DNA from: an uncultured Gammaproteobacteria bacterium
GTDB lineage: Bacteria; Patescibacteriota; Patescibacteriia; JACPL01; CAZRYK01
Length of the DNA: 64,000 bases
Assembly (NCBI GenBank): GCA_964604315.1
Contig: CAZRYK010000002.1
Span: forward strand, 267 to 64,266
Reading direction: 5' to 3'
Below, piece after piece: positions 10,222 to 19,110 of the stretch. Every line of letters starts with the position of its first letter. The first letter of the stretch is position 1. Made by a program: the position numbers and the translations under genes. The notes beneath the pieces are model-generated. The model searched no databases. It was not told the DNA's origin and saw only the letters and a list, made by a program, of their open reading frames with translations.

Positions 10222-10278
10222 TTATCCACAGGTGGAAATTTTATACCCATTGTGGATTTGTGTACATCTTGTGGATAA
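10222..10278. promoter_or_regulatory. cluster of DnaA boxes; oriC candidate upstream of dnaA
   Basis: Perfect TTATCCACA at 10222-10230, TGTGGAT at 10251-10257, and perfect TGTGGATAA (reverse complement) at 10270-10278. Confidence 0.6.
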
Positions 10279-10350
10279 GCTGTGTTTATGTTCTTTGGGT
10301 GTTTTTTCTTAACCCTTATCCCTTAAACCTTACGCCTTAATTTTAATACA

Positions 10351-10379
10351 TTGACCACAAGACCATAAACTTGTATACT
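10351..10379 (+). promoter_or_regulatory. sigma70-like promoter (TTGACC, 17-nt spacer, TATACT) for the rpmH-rnpA-yidD-yidC operon
   Basis: Hexamers and spacing read directly from the sequence. Confidence 0.45.
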
Positions 10380-10532
10380 AAAAACCGCTTTACTCAATTT
10401 TTTCAGCACTTTTCGCATTTGAGTGCAATTCGAGGCGCAGACGAGGAACGAAGTAAGCTGTACAGGAACGTACAGCGTCGAGTACCACAGTCTGCAACGA
10501 AGAAGTGTGCCAAAGGCGAAAGTGCTCATTTT

Positions 10533-10670
10533 ATGCCAAAACGAACGTATCAGCCAAAAAAGCGTACAAAAAAACGCGAACATGGGTTTCGAAAGCGCAT
10601 GGCAACCAGTAATGGCCGACGTGTTTTACGGAAACGCCGATCCAAGGGCCGCAAACGCTTAACGAGTTAA
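10533..10670 (+). CDS. rpmH: 50S ribosomal protein L34
   Basis: [45 protein letters not shown], a canonical 45-aa L34. The ORF-track frame extends upstream spuriously. Confidence 0.95.
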   Translation: MPKRTYQPKKRTKKREHGFRKRMATSNGRRVLRKRRSKGRKRLTS

Positions 10671-10677
10671 TCTTTCC

Positions 10678-11004
10678 ATGTTGCCCCGCAAACATCGCTT
10701 AGCTAAAGTTCGCGATTTTGCGCACCTTAAAGAGACGGGTAAAACTCGACGGACGCGATTTTTCACCGTAAGGTATACAAAAACCGAGCAAAAGGATTCG
10801 CGTGTGGCAGTGATTGTCTCGGCTAAGGTTAGCAAAAAGGCTGTTGAGCGCAATAAACTTAAGCGACGGTTGCGAAACATTCTTTCCAAACGATTGCGGG
10901 ACTTGCCCAAACACACCGATGTGGCGTTTTATGCCCACGGTTCCGCAAGCAAAGCGACATTCTCGGACATTGAAGCAGATATTGAACAACTTTTGAACGG
11001 CTAG
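10678..11004 (+). CDS. rnpA: ribonuclease P protein component
   Basis: Basic 108-aa protein directly after rpmH, in the conserved gene order. Confidence 0.85.
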   Translation: MLPRKHRLAKVRDFAHLKETGKTRRTRFFTVRYTKTEQKDSRVAVIVSAKVSKKAVERNKLKRRLRNILSKRLRDLPKHTDVAFYAHGSASKATFSDIEADIEQLLNG

Positions 11005-11006
11005 AG

Positions 11007-11255
11007 ATGCGTTTTATTCTCCTCTATCTTATACGGGCCTACCAAAAAACCCTTTCCCCGGATCATTCTTGGGTTGCGTTTTACTATCCTTTTGGAGTCT
11101 GCGCTTTTCGGCCAACGTGCTCGGAATATAGCTATGACGCGATTCTTGCCCATGGCGTATGGAAGGGTCTAGCCATGACGGCACACCGCGTTTTGCGCTG
11201 TCACCCGGGGGTAAAACCCACCTATGATCCCGTCACTTTAACAAAAAAATCCTAA
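11007..11255 (+). CDS. yidD: membrane protein insertion efficiency factor YidD
   Basis: CAFRPTCSEY motif, in the conserved position between rnpA and yidC. Confidence 0.85.
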   Translation: MRFILLYLIRAYQKTLSPDHSWVAFYYPFGVCAFRPTCSEYSYDAILAHGVWKGLAMTAHRVLRCHPGVKPTYDPVTLTKKS

Positions 11256-11256
11256 T

Positions 11257-12042
11257 ATGGGCGAATTTTTCAACACTATTCTTTACGAGCCGCTTTTTAA
11301 TGCCCTCATCTTTTTTTACGACGTGATTCCGGGTACAGACATGGGTATTGCCATTATTCTTCTGACGCTCATTATTAAATTATTGCTGTTCCAGCCGTCG
11401 CTATCGTCTTTAAAAGCGCAAAAATCCTTGCAAGATTTACAGCCAAAATTGCGCGAAGTTCAGGAAAAATATAAGGACAATCGTGAAGAGTTAGGCAAAA
11501 AAACCATTGAAGTTTACCGCACGCATAAGGTCAATCCGTTTTCTTCGTGCCTCCCTATTTTAATACAACTGCCGATTTTGTGGGTCTTGTACCGCGTGTT
11601 TTTTAATGGCATCGAGCTAGACGCAACGAGCGGGCTTTTAATGCCCAACCAAGTCGAGCATCTTTATGGCTATTTGCAGGCAAAATATGCTACACAGCCG
11701 ATTGATTCCACGTTTTTAGGCCTGGTGGATTTATCGGCGACCGGTAATGTTGTTTTGGCCGTTCTAGCCGGGGCTTTGCAGTTTTGGCAAACACGCATGT
11801 TACAGAGAACGCGGCCAAAAGTGCAGACCAAAGGCTCAAAGGACGAGGATTTGATGGCTAATATGAACCGGCAGATGCTCTACGTGATGCCGATTATTAC
11901 GGTCATTTTTGGCTATCAGTTTCCGGCCGGCCTTGCTTTATATTGGACGGTCAACATTTTGTATAGCATTGCCCAGCAATGGTTTTTCTTAAGAAAAGGC
12001 CATATTTCTGGACCTCCGCAAGAAAAACCCCAGACACCATAA
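11257..12042 (+). CDS. yidC: YidC/Oxa1-family membrane protein insertase (short form)
   Basis: Multi-TM 261-aa protein after yidD, in the conserved operon. Confidence 0.8.
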   Translation: MGEFFNTILYEPLFNALIFFYDVIPGTDMGIAIILLTLIIKLLLFQPSLSSLKAQKSLQDLQPKLREVQEKYKDNREELGKKTIEVYRTHKVNPFSSCLPILIQLPILWVLYRVFFNGIELDATSGLLMPNQVEHLYGYLQAKYATQPIDSTFLGLVDLSATGNVVLAVLAGALQFWQTRMLQRTRPKVQTKGSKDEDLMANMNRQMLYVMPIITVIFGYQFPAGLALYWTVNILYSIAQQWFFLRKGHISGPPQEKPQTP

Positions 12043-12054
12043 AGCCTTGAGCGT

Positions 12055-12324
12055 ATGAAGATTGGGCTTAAAGATCTTCAACAACTGCCTGTAAAGACGC
12101 AAAGCGGCATTATGCTTGGCCGTATTGTGGGGATTGATTTTGATACCGAAGCGCATAGCGTGACAAAATACCATGTAGCGCGATTTCCGGTTGTGGATGA
12201 GCTACTGCGTCGTACGCTTCTGGTGGATCCCTCGCAAGTGATTTCTGTTACCAGCAAGGCTATTATTGTTGAAGACGCACTTTTACCCGATGCCACAAAG
12301 GCGCTGGGGATTAACATTGCCTAA
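12055..12324 (+). CDS. small PRC-barrel-like protein
   Basis: 89 aa. The LGRIVGIDFD...VVDELL pattern resembles PRC-barrel/YlmC-like proteins. The assignment is weak. Confidence 0.35.
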   Translation: MKIGLKDLQQLPVKTQSGIMLGRIVGIDFDTEAHSVTKYHVARFPVVDELLRRTLLVDPSQVISVTSKAIIVEDALLPDATKALGINIA

Positions 12325-12341
12325 TTATACGGGACTCCAGT

Positions 12342-12369
12342 GGATCCGACCCTTCCAAGGGTCGGATCC
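12342..12369. terminator. REP-family hairpin GGATCCGACCCT-TCCA-AGGGTCGGATCC, terminator-like, after the yidC operon
   Basis: Perfect 12-bp inverted repeat. It belongs to the GGATCCGACC family seen at six sites in the window. Confidence 0.6.
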
Positions 12370-12713
12370 TGATTAGTTTATTTGCAGACCACTGTTCTTC
12401 CGCTTGTTTACCTTCCGTCTTGAGCTTTTGTTATTGGACTGATATACTGCTTTTGCACTTAACTATTGTTTTATGGACATTGAAAACAATCAAGCCGTAT
12501 TGCGCCGGCATGTGGCTGGAACCTTAATCCTCACCACGCTTTTAATTGTTGGGCTTTTTGCTGTTTGGTACCTTGATCAAGGTAGTCAGACGGTCTCTAG
12601 TCCCATAGTGGAGTTCTATCGCTGGCTTCTATAGTTGTACGACGCTATAATATAGCTAATATTAGTTATAATATTCTGACACTCGCGTTTGACAGATACT
12701 TGTCTGGCGATCG

Positions 12714-12785
12714 GTCCCTATAGTTCAACGGATAGAACAAAGGACTCCTAAGCCTTAGATGCTGGTTCAATTCCCGCTAGGGACA
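12714..12785 (+). tRNA. tRNA-Arg (anticodon CCT)
   Basis: Hand-folded cloverleaf: acceptor GTCCCTA/TAGGGAC, D-stem GTTC/GAAC, anticodon loop CTCCTAA with U33 and A37, T-loop TTCAATT. There is one A-G mismatch at 31-39. Confidence 0.6.
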
Positions 12786-12812
12786 CACAAACTTTGCTCA
12801 CGCAAAGTTTGT

Positions 12813-12942
12813 GTAATGAGTAATTCGTAGTTGGCCTGCCCGCCATTGCCTGCGGCTTCAGGCCTTGGCAGGCGGGTACTTAGCGCAAGGTAAAATTTCC
12901 TTAAAATCATCTAAGCAAAGTTTACCCCCAACTACTCAATAC
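12813..12942. repeat. MITE-like element, copy 1 (TIR GTAATGAGTA...), carrying a nested 45-bp GC-rich A-type repeat
   Basis: The core TTAGCGCAAGGTAAAATTTCCTTAAAATCATCTAAGCAAAGTTTACCCCCAACTACTCAATAC is about 80% identical to 57331-57400. The inserted segment CCTGCCCGCCATTGCCTGCGGCTTCAGGCCTTGGCAGGCGGGTAC recurs at 13207-13251. Confidence 0.55.
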
Positions 12943-12954
12943 CCACACAAAGTA

Positions 12955-13030
12955 CAAAATGTTCCCCGTCCGCCATCGGCTCCGCCTTCAGGCGTGCCGG
13001 GCGGGCACATGGAACGTTTTGTACACTAAC
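12955..13030. repeat. B-type GC-rich repeat with terminal inverted repeats AAAATGTTCC / GGAACGTTTT, copy 1
   Basis: acaaaatgttccccgtccgccatcggctccgccttcaggcgtgccgggcgggcacatggaacgttttgt. Nearly identical to 13826-13895 and about 70% similar to the A-type repeat. Confidence 0.55.
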
Positions 13031-13083
13031 TAATGAATTCAATCAGTGATTGATACTAGGGTCGTAGCTTTACTGCGACAAGA

Positions 13084-13156
13084 GGGCCTGTAGCTCATCT
13101 GGTAGAGCGCGGCATTCGCATTGCCGAGGCAAGCGGTTCGAGTCCGCTCAGGTCCA
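13084..13156 (+). tRNA. tRNA-Ala (anticodon CGC)
   Basis: Cloverleaf with acceptor GGGCCTG/CAGGTCC including the G3:U70 alanine identity pair, anticodon loop TTCGCAT, and T-loop TTCGAGT. Confidence 0.8.
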
Positions 13157-13194
13157 CGTAAATTTTTGCTAGCGCAATAATTTGAGTCTCGCGT

Positions 13195-13290
13195 TGTTAG
13201 TAATTTGCCTGCCCGCCATTGCCTGCGGCTTCAGGCGTTGGCAGGCGGGTACTTTGCGCAATGAGTGTTCCACGTGGAACACTCCAGATA
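13195..13290. repeat. A-type GC-rich repeat, copy 2, followed by the perfect 18-bp palindrome GTGTTCCACGTGGAACAC
   Basis: CCTGCCCGCCATTGCCTGCGGCTTCAGGCGTTGGCAGGCGGGTAC matches 12835-12879 with one mismatch. The palindrome lies at 13269-13286. Confidence 0.55.
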
Positions 13291-13294
13291 AATT

Positions 13295-13669
13295 ATGGAT
13301 TACAGTATCGAAAAAATTCAGCAAATTGTTCGGGAATTTGCAAAGTCTAGAAATTGGGAAGATTACCCGAATATTGACAAATTCGACCATGTTCACGAGG
13401 AGCTTATTGAAGTAAGCCAGTATTTGCGGTATAAATCTCGTGAAGAAATGGAAGGATTTCTGTCTGACCCAAAGAATAAGGCGCTTATTGAGGAAGAAAT
13501 GGGCGATGTCCTATTTGTCTTTGCGCGCCTGGCTAATCAATTAAACATTGATTTGGGTAAAGGGTTTGAAACAACCGTAGCGAAAGTCCTAAAAAAGTTC
13601 CCTGAAACTGCAGGAAAAAGTGAGTACAATCCGGTTTGGAAAGGCGACAAGCCTGGAAATAAGGAATAA
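13295..13669 (+). CDS. MazG-like nucleotide pyrophosphohydrolase domain protein
   Basis: HEELIEV and EEEMGDVLF acidic EExxE motifs of the MazG/NTP-PPase fold. The gene is embedded in the tRNA/repeat cluster. Confidence 0.55.
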   Translation: MDYSIEKIQQIVREFAKSRNWEDYPNIDKFDHVHEELIEVSQYLRYKSREEMEGFLSDPKNKALIEEEMGDVLFVFARLANQLNIDLGKGFETTVAKVLKKFPETAGKSEYNPVWKGDKPGNKE

Positions 13670-13725
13670 GTTTCCAAAATGTTCCACCACGTACCATACG
13701 GTACATGGTTCCACGTGGAACATTT

Positions 13726-13799
13726 GGGCGGCTAGCTCAGCTGGTTAGAGCGTTGCATTCACATTGCAAAGGTCACAAGTTCGAATCTTGTGCCGCCCA
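13726..13799 (+). tRNA. tRNA-Val (anticodon CAC)
   Basis: Cloverleaf with acceptor GGGCGGC/GCCGCCC, anticodon stem-loop TTGCA-TTCACAT-TGCAA, and T-loop TTCGAAT. It is preceded by the palindrome GTTCCACGTGGAAC at 13709-13722. Confidence 0.8.
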
Positions 13800-13825
13800 C
13801 GTAAATTTTACTCACACAAATGACA

Positions 13826-13895
13826 AAATGTTCCCCGTCCGCCATCGGCTTCGCCTTCAGGCGTGCCGGGCGGGCACATGGAACATTTTATTGTA
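13826..13895. repeat. B-type GC-rich repeat, copy 2
   Basis: gacaaaatgttccccgtccgccatcggcttcgccttcaggcgtgccgggcgggcacatggaacatttta, near-identical to 12955-13030. Confidence 0.55.
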
Positions 13896-14214
13896 ATCAA
13901 ATATTTGTGTTTTCTGAAAACGTATATGTACAATAGGCTAGGACTCATTGTGCAAATACAAAAAAGCGGCCATATCCCAAAACGCTCGCCCTGCTAGAAT
14001 TTTTAAAAATGTTCTTTTGCGCCTTTGTTTGTGTTTGTATTTTTGTTTTACTTACAAAATAAGTATAGCATACTGCATGATTCGTGTCAAATATACCAGT
14101 ATTAGCACTATAAATGTGTCGTAAAATAATAGTGAATTGACACTATTGCGGTTCTCGACATTCTCTTTAGAGTGCGATATACTTATGTTTCCTATAACAA
14201 TTTATATTAAAATT

Positions 14215-14538
14215 ATGCCAGAAGTTACCTTAACGACGGCGAATTTCGATGCCGAAGTCAAACAATCCTCTGTGCCTGTTCTTGTAGATTTTTGGGCGCC
14301 CTGGTGTGGACCGTGCAAAATCTTGGGGCCGGTTATTGAAGAAATTGCCAAAGAATATGAAGGCAAGCCTGTCAAAATTGCAAAACTCAATGTCGATGAC
14401 AATCAAGAAATCGCACAACAGTATGGCGTCATGAGCATTCCCACATTAATGTTGTTCAAAAACGGCAATGTGGAAGATCAAATGATGGGCGCACAGCCGA
14501 AAGAAAAAATTGATCAACTCCTCCGTCAATATCTTTAA
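14215..14538 (+). CDS. trxA: thioredoxin
   Basis: WCGPC active site. Start taken at the internal Met (MPEVTLTT); the upstream part of the track ORF is unlikely to be coding. Confidence 0.9.
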   Translation: MPEVTLTTANFDAEVKQSSVPVLVDFWAPWCGPCKILGPVIEEIAKEYEGKPVKIAKLNVDDNQEIAQQYGVMSIPTLMLFKNGNVEDQMMGAQPKEKIDQLLRQYL

Positions 14539-14539
14539 A

Positions 14540-15508
14540 ATGTCTTCGCAAGCTGACTACGATGTGATTATTATTGGTGCCGCGGCGGCCGGTTTGACAG
14601 CTGGTATGTATTCAGCTCGCCGGACTCTGCGCACGCTTGTGATTAGTAAAGATATTGGTGGTCAGGCATCGCTTACCACGGAAATTGAAAATTATCCGGC
14701 CAAAGGCTTGGTGGACGGTTTTGCATTAATGACGGAATTCAAGGAGCAAGCAGAAAAATTTGGCGCAACGGTCACGCTAGATGAAGCGACAAAAATCCTT
14801 GTAAATGGGAAAACAGATTTTACGGTTCAGACATTAAGTAAAACCTATACCTGCCATGGCGTTATTTTGGCTTTTGGATTAACTCCCCGCGACCTTGGCG
14901 TGCAGGGTGAAGAAAAATTTAAAGGACGTGGTGTTTCGACGTGCGCCACATGCGATGCGCCGCTCTTTAAAGGTAAGACCGTTGCTGTTGCGGGCGTAGG
15001 CGATGCGGCGTTAGACGCTGTGGTGCTTTTAAGTCGTTTAGCAAAGCATGTTTATTATCTAAATCCCCGCGACACGCTTATTGGGCCAAAACATTTTGCT
15101 GACGATATTGCCCGCACGCCAAATATCACCACCTATTTTAAAACAAAAATCACCGAAGTGTACGGACAAAAAAAGTTAGAAGGTGTAAAATGTGATAACC
15201 CCGAGGTTCCCATGCTCGAAGTCGATGGGGTATTTGCAGAAATGGGGTACCGCGCAAAAGTCGATTGGATCAAAGACACAGTCACTATTAACGCGCGCAA
15301 TCAAATTGTCATTGACGATAAAAACATGACCTCTGTTCCGGGCGTCTTTGCCGCGGGGGATATTACCACCGTGTCCTATAAACAAGTGGTAGTCTCGGCG
15401 GGCGAAGGCGCAAAAGCGGCGTTGTCGTTATATCAATATTTGCAAAGCAACGGCGTGGTTTCCCGCGGCGCGGCGATCGACTGGGGCGTGGTGGAACAAA
15501 TGGGGTAG
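14540..15508 (+). CDS. trxB: thioredoxin-disulfide reductase
   Basis: FAD motif DVIIIGAAAAG, redox-active CATCD, and a second NAD(P)H Rossmann fold. Start taken at MSSQADYDV. Confidence 0.85.
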   Translation: MSSQADYDVIIIGAAAAGLTAGMYSARRTLRTLVISKDIGGQASLTTEIENYPAKGLVDGFALMTEFKEQAEKFGATVTLDEATKILVNGKTDFTVQTLSKTYTCHGVILAFGLTPRDLGVQGEEKFKGRGVSTCATCDAPLFKGKTVAVAGVGDAALDAVVLLSRLAKHVYYLNPRDTLIGPKHFADDIARTPNITTYFKTKITEVYGQKKLEGVKCDNPEVPMLEVDGVFAEMGYRAKVDWIKDTVTINARNQIVIDDKNMTSVPGVFAAGDITTVSYKQVVVSAGEGAKAALSLYQYLQSNGVVSRGAAIDWGVVEQMG

Positions 15509-15606
15509 GATCATGAGTTAAGGGTATATTTACACTCATGAAACTTTGAGGCAGTGTCTATTTGGAGCAATAATTTACTCATCTTTCAAGCTCTTAATGC
15601 TATCGT

Positions 15607-17256
15607 ATGGTCAATCTATCTTCACCTTCTCCGCAAATTCAAGAATTATCTCCGGCAAGCACACCGCCGCAAAATAAACCACGCGTTGTGTGGTGGTTTG
15701 TTCGTTTACTTATTGGACTCATGGGATTGATCGGCGGCGGGCTGTTATACTTAAACGAAGACTGGCGGACATTTGGGGGAGCTTCGATTATAATACTCAT
15801 CGGTTTGTCGATGCTCTTCCTTTTCTATACAGTTCTTCGTCGGTTTCTTTCTTCATGTCGCTTTATTCTTCTCGATCTTGTGGTTTTTATTGTTTGCGTT
15901 CTTGGCGCGGCCGTTTCGGTTTTTCGTCCGATAAGCACTCTTTTTGATAGTTGGTTTGTCTTCGGCATCGCGGCGCTTCTTGCGCTTGTCTATGACCTCG
16001 TGCGTCCTCACTTTCGACGAAGTGCGCTGGCGCTACTTGTTGTGTTGGTTATTATTTTTCTCATTTCGATTCCGTTTGGTTCGACGAAGCGTATTTCTCG
16101 TTCTGTCTACTCTCTTGTGCAAGCCGAACAACAAGAAAAAGTTACGCAAGGAACTGCGTCACAGCCGCTTGCGGATCTTGCCATGATCAGCGTGACGGGC
16201 GTGCATACACTTTTGTGGAACGAAGAGCAAAAGACGTATGAGGTCACAACCGATGAGATCGAAACAAAAAAAACCGAAGATCAATTTTACGAATACCGTC
16301 GACTTTTTGCTGATGTTGATTCTCTCTATATTGTGTACGACGATACTATCGAGAAGCGTCCGCGCAAGGGAGGTGAAGTCATTCAGTGGAAACGCCCAAT
16401 CGTAGGAACAGGACTTGATCTGACCTATTCGCACCGTATCGGGGCGGTGGAGTTTCACAATGGGCTGATGTATGTATCAGCCAATGGGAAGCTCTATGTG
16501 TTGAATAATAGCTTGCGCACTCTTGGGGAAGTTGAACTTGAGATTGGAGATGGTAAGAGCTCGTTCACAAAAAATGCTCACGATATTCTTTTTGTTGACG
16601 ATTATGCCCTCCTTTTAGATAATGTCGTCCAACCAATTTATATTTTCACCGTGGATATTCAAAGTTCGGAACAGCCGCGCGTTGTGAACCGCCGCGGAGG
16701 TTCTACAATCAATGGACATCTTAAGGCGCAGTGGCTTGACGATTTCAATAATTGGAATATTGTTCTTACTGATCAAACGGGATATGGCGGAACCGCGTCC
16801 GAAGAGCGCGTTCTTGAGTTGTCAAAGGCTGAATACACGACGCGTCTGAATCCTGAACAGTTTACTCCTTGGGGGAAAGAACATCCGTTGCCAAGAGGCG
16901 CTGTAATTGGCGGTCACGGAACATTTGCTCTCGCATCGGACGAACGAGAAGAATATGGGTATTCTATTCTCAAAGATCTGAATCGCGCAGATGACTATTT
17001 TCTAGTTCACGATCGAAAGACGCGTAATGTCCTCGTGACAAAAATCGATAGCAGTTCTCAACTTTTGAATCCCATCTCTCTTGATCGGTTTGAGGAGGTG
17101 CGCGCATCTTCGTTTCTTTCTGTAAGTGATGTTCTCTATATCACTATTCAAAACAAGCTGTATGTTGTTAATGTTGGGGGTAGTGAGCCCATTCTTGTGC
17201 ATTCCCAGACGCTTTCGACCAATATTCAGGACATTCAAACGCTTAACGAAGATTGA
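15607..17256 (+). CDS. hypothetical membrane protein (N-terminal TM helices plus a C-terminal beta-rich extracytoplasmic domain)
   Basis: Hydrophobic segments at residues 25-160, followed by about 380 aa with no recognisable catalytic motif. Confidence 0.4.
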   Translation: MVNLSSPSPQIQELSPASTPPQNKPRVVWWFVRLLIGLMGLIGGGLLYLNEDWRTFGGASIIILIGLSMLFLFYTVLRRFLSSCRFILLDLVVFIVCVLGAAVSVFRPISTLFDSWFVFGIAALLALVYDLVRPHFRRSALALLVVLVIIFLISIPFGSTKRISRSVYSLVQAEQQEKVTQGTASQPLADLAMISVTGVHTLLWNEEQKTYEVTTDEIETKKTEDQFYEYRRLFADVDSLYIVYDDTIEKRPRKGGEVIQWKRPIVGTGLDLTYSHRIGAVEFHNGLMYVSANGKLYVLNNSLRTLGEVELEIGDGKSSFTKNAHDILFVDDYALLLDNVVQPIYIFTVDIQSSEQPRVVNRRGGSTINGHLKAQWLDDFNNWNIVLTDQTGYGGTASEERVLELSKAEYTTRLNPEQFTPWGKEHPLPRGAVIGGHGTFALASDEREEYGYSILKDLNRADDYFLVHDRKTRNVLVTKIDSSSQLLNPISLDRFEEVRASSFLSVSDVLYITIQNKLYVVNVGGSEPILVHSQTLSTNIQDIQTLNED

Positions 17257-17349
17257 TGTGAGTGTTTTAGTTAAAAGTTGTTAAATTTAAAGAGACGTGA
17301 TGGCCCCTTGACCTTATTCCCTTAATTTTTATCCTTTATCCCTACGCTT

Positions 17350-18621
17350 ATGCCCAGCCTTTTTAAAAATGCGCTTAAGCAGTTACAAGATACGGCGAAA
17401 ATTATGGATCTTCACCCGAATGCGTTGGAGGTCTTAAGCAATCCGCAACGCATTTTTGACGTCGCTATTCCGGTTCGCATGGATGACGGGAAAATCAAAA
17501 TTTTTCGCGGGTATCGTGTGCAATATAATGATGCGCGCGGGCCGTTTAAGGGCGGCATTCGTTTTCATGAAGAAGTCGAGCTAGACGAAGTAAAGGCATT
17601 GGCGTTTTGGATGACCTTTAAAACCGCGGTCATGGACTTGCCGTACGGTGGCGCAAAAGGCGGTATTACCGTGGACCCTAAGAAACTTTCCTTGCGCGAG
17701 CTTGAACGCTTAACACGCGGCTATGTGCGTGCCATTAAAGAATACATTGGCCCTCTGCGTGATATTCCTGCGCCGGACGTGAATACCAATCCTACCATTA
17801 TGGGTTGGATGGAAGATGAATATTCGTTGTTAGAGGGTGTGAACACGCCGGGGTTTGTGACGGGAAAACCGTTAGAGCTTGGGGGTTCGCAAGGTCGCGA
17901 GGCGGCGACGGGGCAAGGCGGTCTGGTTGTTCTTAATCAGCTCATGAAGAAACTTGGCAAAAAACCCCAACAGACAACCGTCATTGTGCAAGGTTTTGGA
18001 AATGTCGGTTACCATTTTGCCCGATTAGCGCACAAAGCCGGGTATAAAATTATTGGCATCGCGGATTCGCAAGGCGGCATTTACGACAAACGTGAAAAAG
18101 GCATGGATCCGGACCATGTGATGGAAACAAAGCTAGCCCGTGGAACCATTGATGGCGTGTACTGCGCCGGCACGGTTTGCGATTATGAAAATTATTCTGC
18201 TGTGGATGCGCGAAAAATTTTGGAAAAACCGTGCGACGTGTTAGTACCCGCGGCTATTGAAAATCAACTGGCGAAAGATAATGCTGGCCGCATTAAAGCC
18301 AATATTATTCTGGAACTTGCCAATGGCCCCACCACTCCGGAAGCCGATGAGGTTTTTACAAAGAAAGAAAAAGTGCTTGTTCCCGATATTTTAGCTAATG
18401 CGGGCGGGGTTACGGTTTCGTATTTTGAGTGGATTCAAAATCGTGAGAATTTCTATTGGTCGGAAAAAGAAGTCATGGAACGATTAAATAGAATGATGGA
18501 AAAAAGTTTTGCCGATGTGTGGAAGATTCATCAAGAAAAAAAAGTTACACTTCGCATGGCGGCCTATATGTTAGCGGCCAAGCGCATTACCGGGAATCTT
18601 CAGGCCCGAGGGCAAGTATAA
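17350..18621 (+). CDS. gdhA: NAD(P)-dependent glutamate dehydrogenase
   Basis: KGGIRFH catalytic-lysine region and the dinucleotide fold GFGNVG of Glu/Leu/Phe/Val dehydrogenases. Confidence 0.9.
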   Translation: MPSLFKNALKQLQDTAKIMDLHPNALEVLSNPQRIFDVAIPVRMDDGKIKIFRGYRVQYNDARGPFKGGIRFHEEVELDEVKALAFWMTFKTAVMDLPYGGAKGGITVDPKKLSLRELERLTRGYVRAIKEYIGPLRDIPAPDVNTNPTIMGWMEDEYSLLEGVNTPGFVTGKPLELGGSQGREAATGQGGLVVLNQLMKKLGKKPQQTTVIVQGFGNVGYHFARLAHKAGYKIIGIADSQGGIYDKREKGMDPDHVMETKLARGTIDGVYCAGTVCDYENYSAVDARKILEKPCDVLVPAAIENQLAKDNAGRIKANIILELANGPTTPEADEVFTKKEKVLVPDILANAGGVTVSYFEWIQNRENFYWSEKEVMERLNRMMEKSFADVWKIHQEKKVTLRMAAYMLAAKRITGNLQARGQV

Positions 18622-18623
18622 GG

Positions 18624-18700
18624 AACAGCTGTCAGCAGACAGTTGTCAGGAATGCAAAAATATTTTAAATCCTGGCTGACTTACTGTCAGCTGACTGCTG
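18624..18700. repeat. intergenic palindrome-rich element, copy 2: ACAGCTGTCAGCAGACAG ... AAAAATATTTTAAA ... CTGTCAGCTGAC
   Basis: Same architecture as 4071-4146: CAGCTG / GTCAGCTGAC blocks around an AAAAATRTTTTAAA centre. It lies immediately upstream of cutA. Confidence 0.45.
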
Positions 18701-18710
18701 AAGTTTACAT

Positions 18711-19013
18711 ATGATTTTCATCGTCACCACCATTCAGACCAAAGAGCAAGCAGAGACGCTCATTAATTTGTTGTTAGAGAAAAAACTCGTTGCTTGCGCC
18801 GGGTATTTTCCCATTCAATCGCTCTACACCTGGAAAGGTGAAAAACATACGAACGATGAATACCGCATAGAGATGGAAACGCGGGACGAACTATATGATG
18901 ATGTAGAAAAAGTCCTGCGCGAGCATCACCCGTACGAAGAGCCGGTTATTTTGTCGTGGAGCGTGCGTACCGATGAAGGAACCGAAAAGTGGGTTGATGA
19001 CGTAACAGCGTGA
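18711..19013 (+). CDS. cutA: divalent-cation tolerance protein CutA
   Basis: 100-aa CutA1-like sequence (VTTIQTKEQAE...KLVACAG...YEEPV). Confidence 0.75.
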   Translation: MIFIVTTIQTKEQAETLINLLLEKKLVACAGYFPIQSLYTWKGEKHTNDEYRIEMETRDELYDDVEKVLREHHPYEEPVILSWSVRTDEGTEKWVDDVTA

Positions 19014-19110
19014 AAGTAGCAGTAAGCGGTAAGTAATAAGTAGTAACTAAGATTTATAAATTTTATTTCTACTACTTACTGCTTACAGCTTATTACTTAC
19101 TGCTAATTCA
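19014..19110. repeat. GTAAGTA-rich long hairpin (AGTAGCAGTAAGCGGTAAGTAATAAGTAGTAA ... TACTACTTACTGCTTACAGCTTATTACTTACTGCT)
   Basis: Imperfect inverted repeat about 35 bp per arm with an AT-rich loop. Same family as 7330-7428. Confidence 0.6.

Noticed and set aside
12473-12634. 53-codon ORF MDIENNQAVLRRHVAGTLILTTLLIVGLFAVWYLDQGSQ... in the yidC-tRNA gap
   Set aside because: There is no Shine-Dalgarno and no support beyond a hydrophobic stretch. It could be a small membrane protein but the evidence is insufficient.
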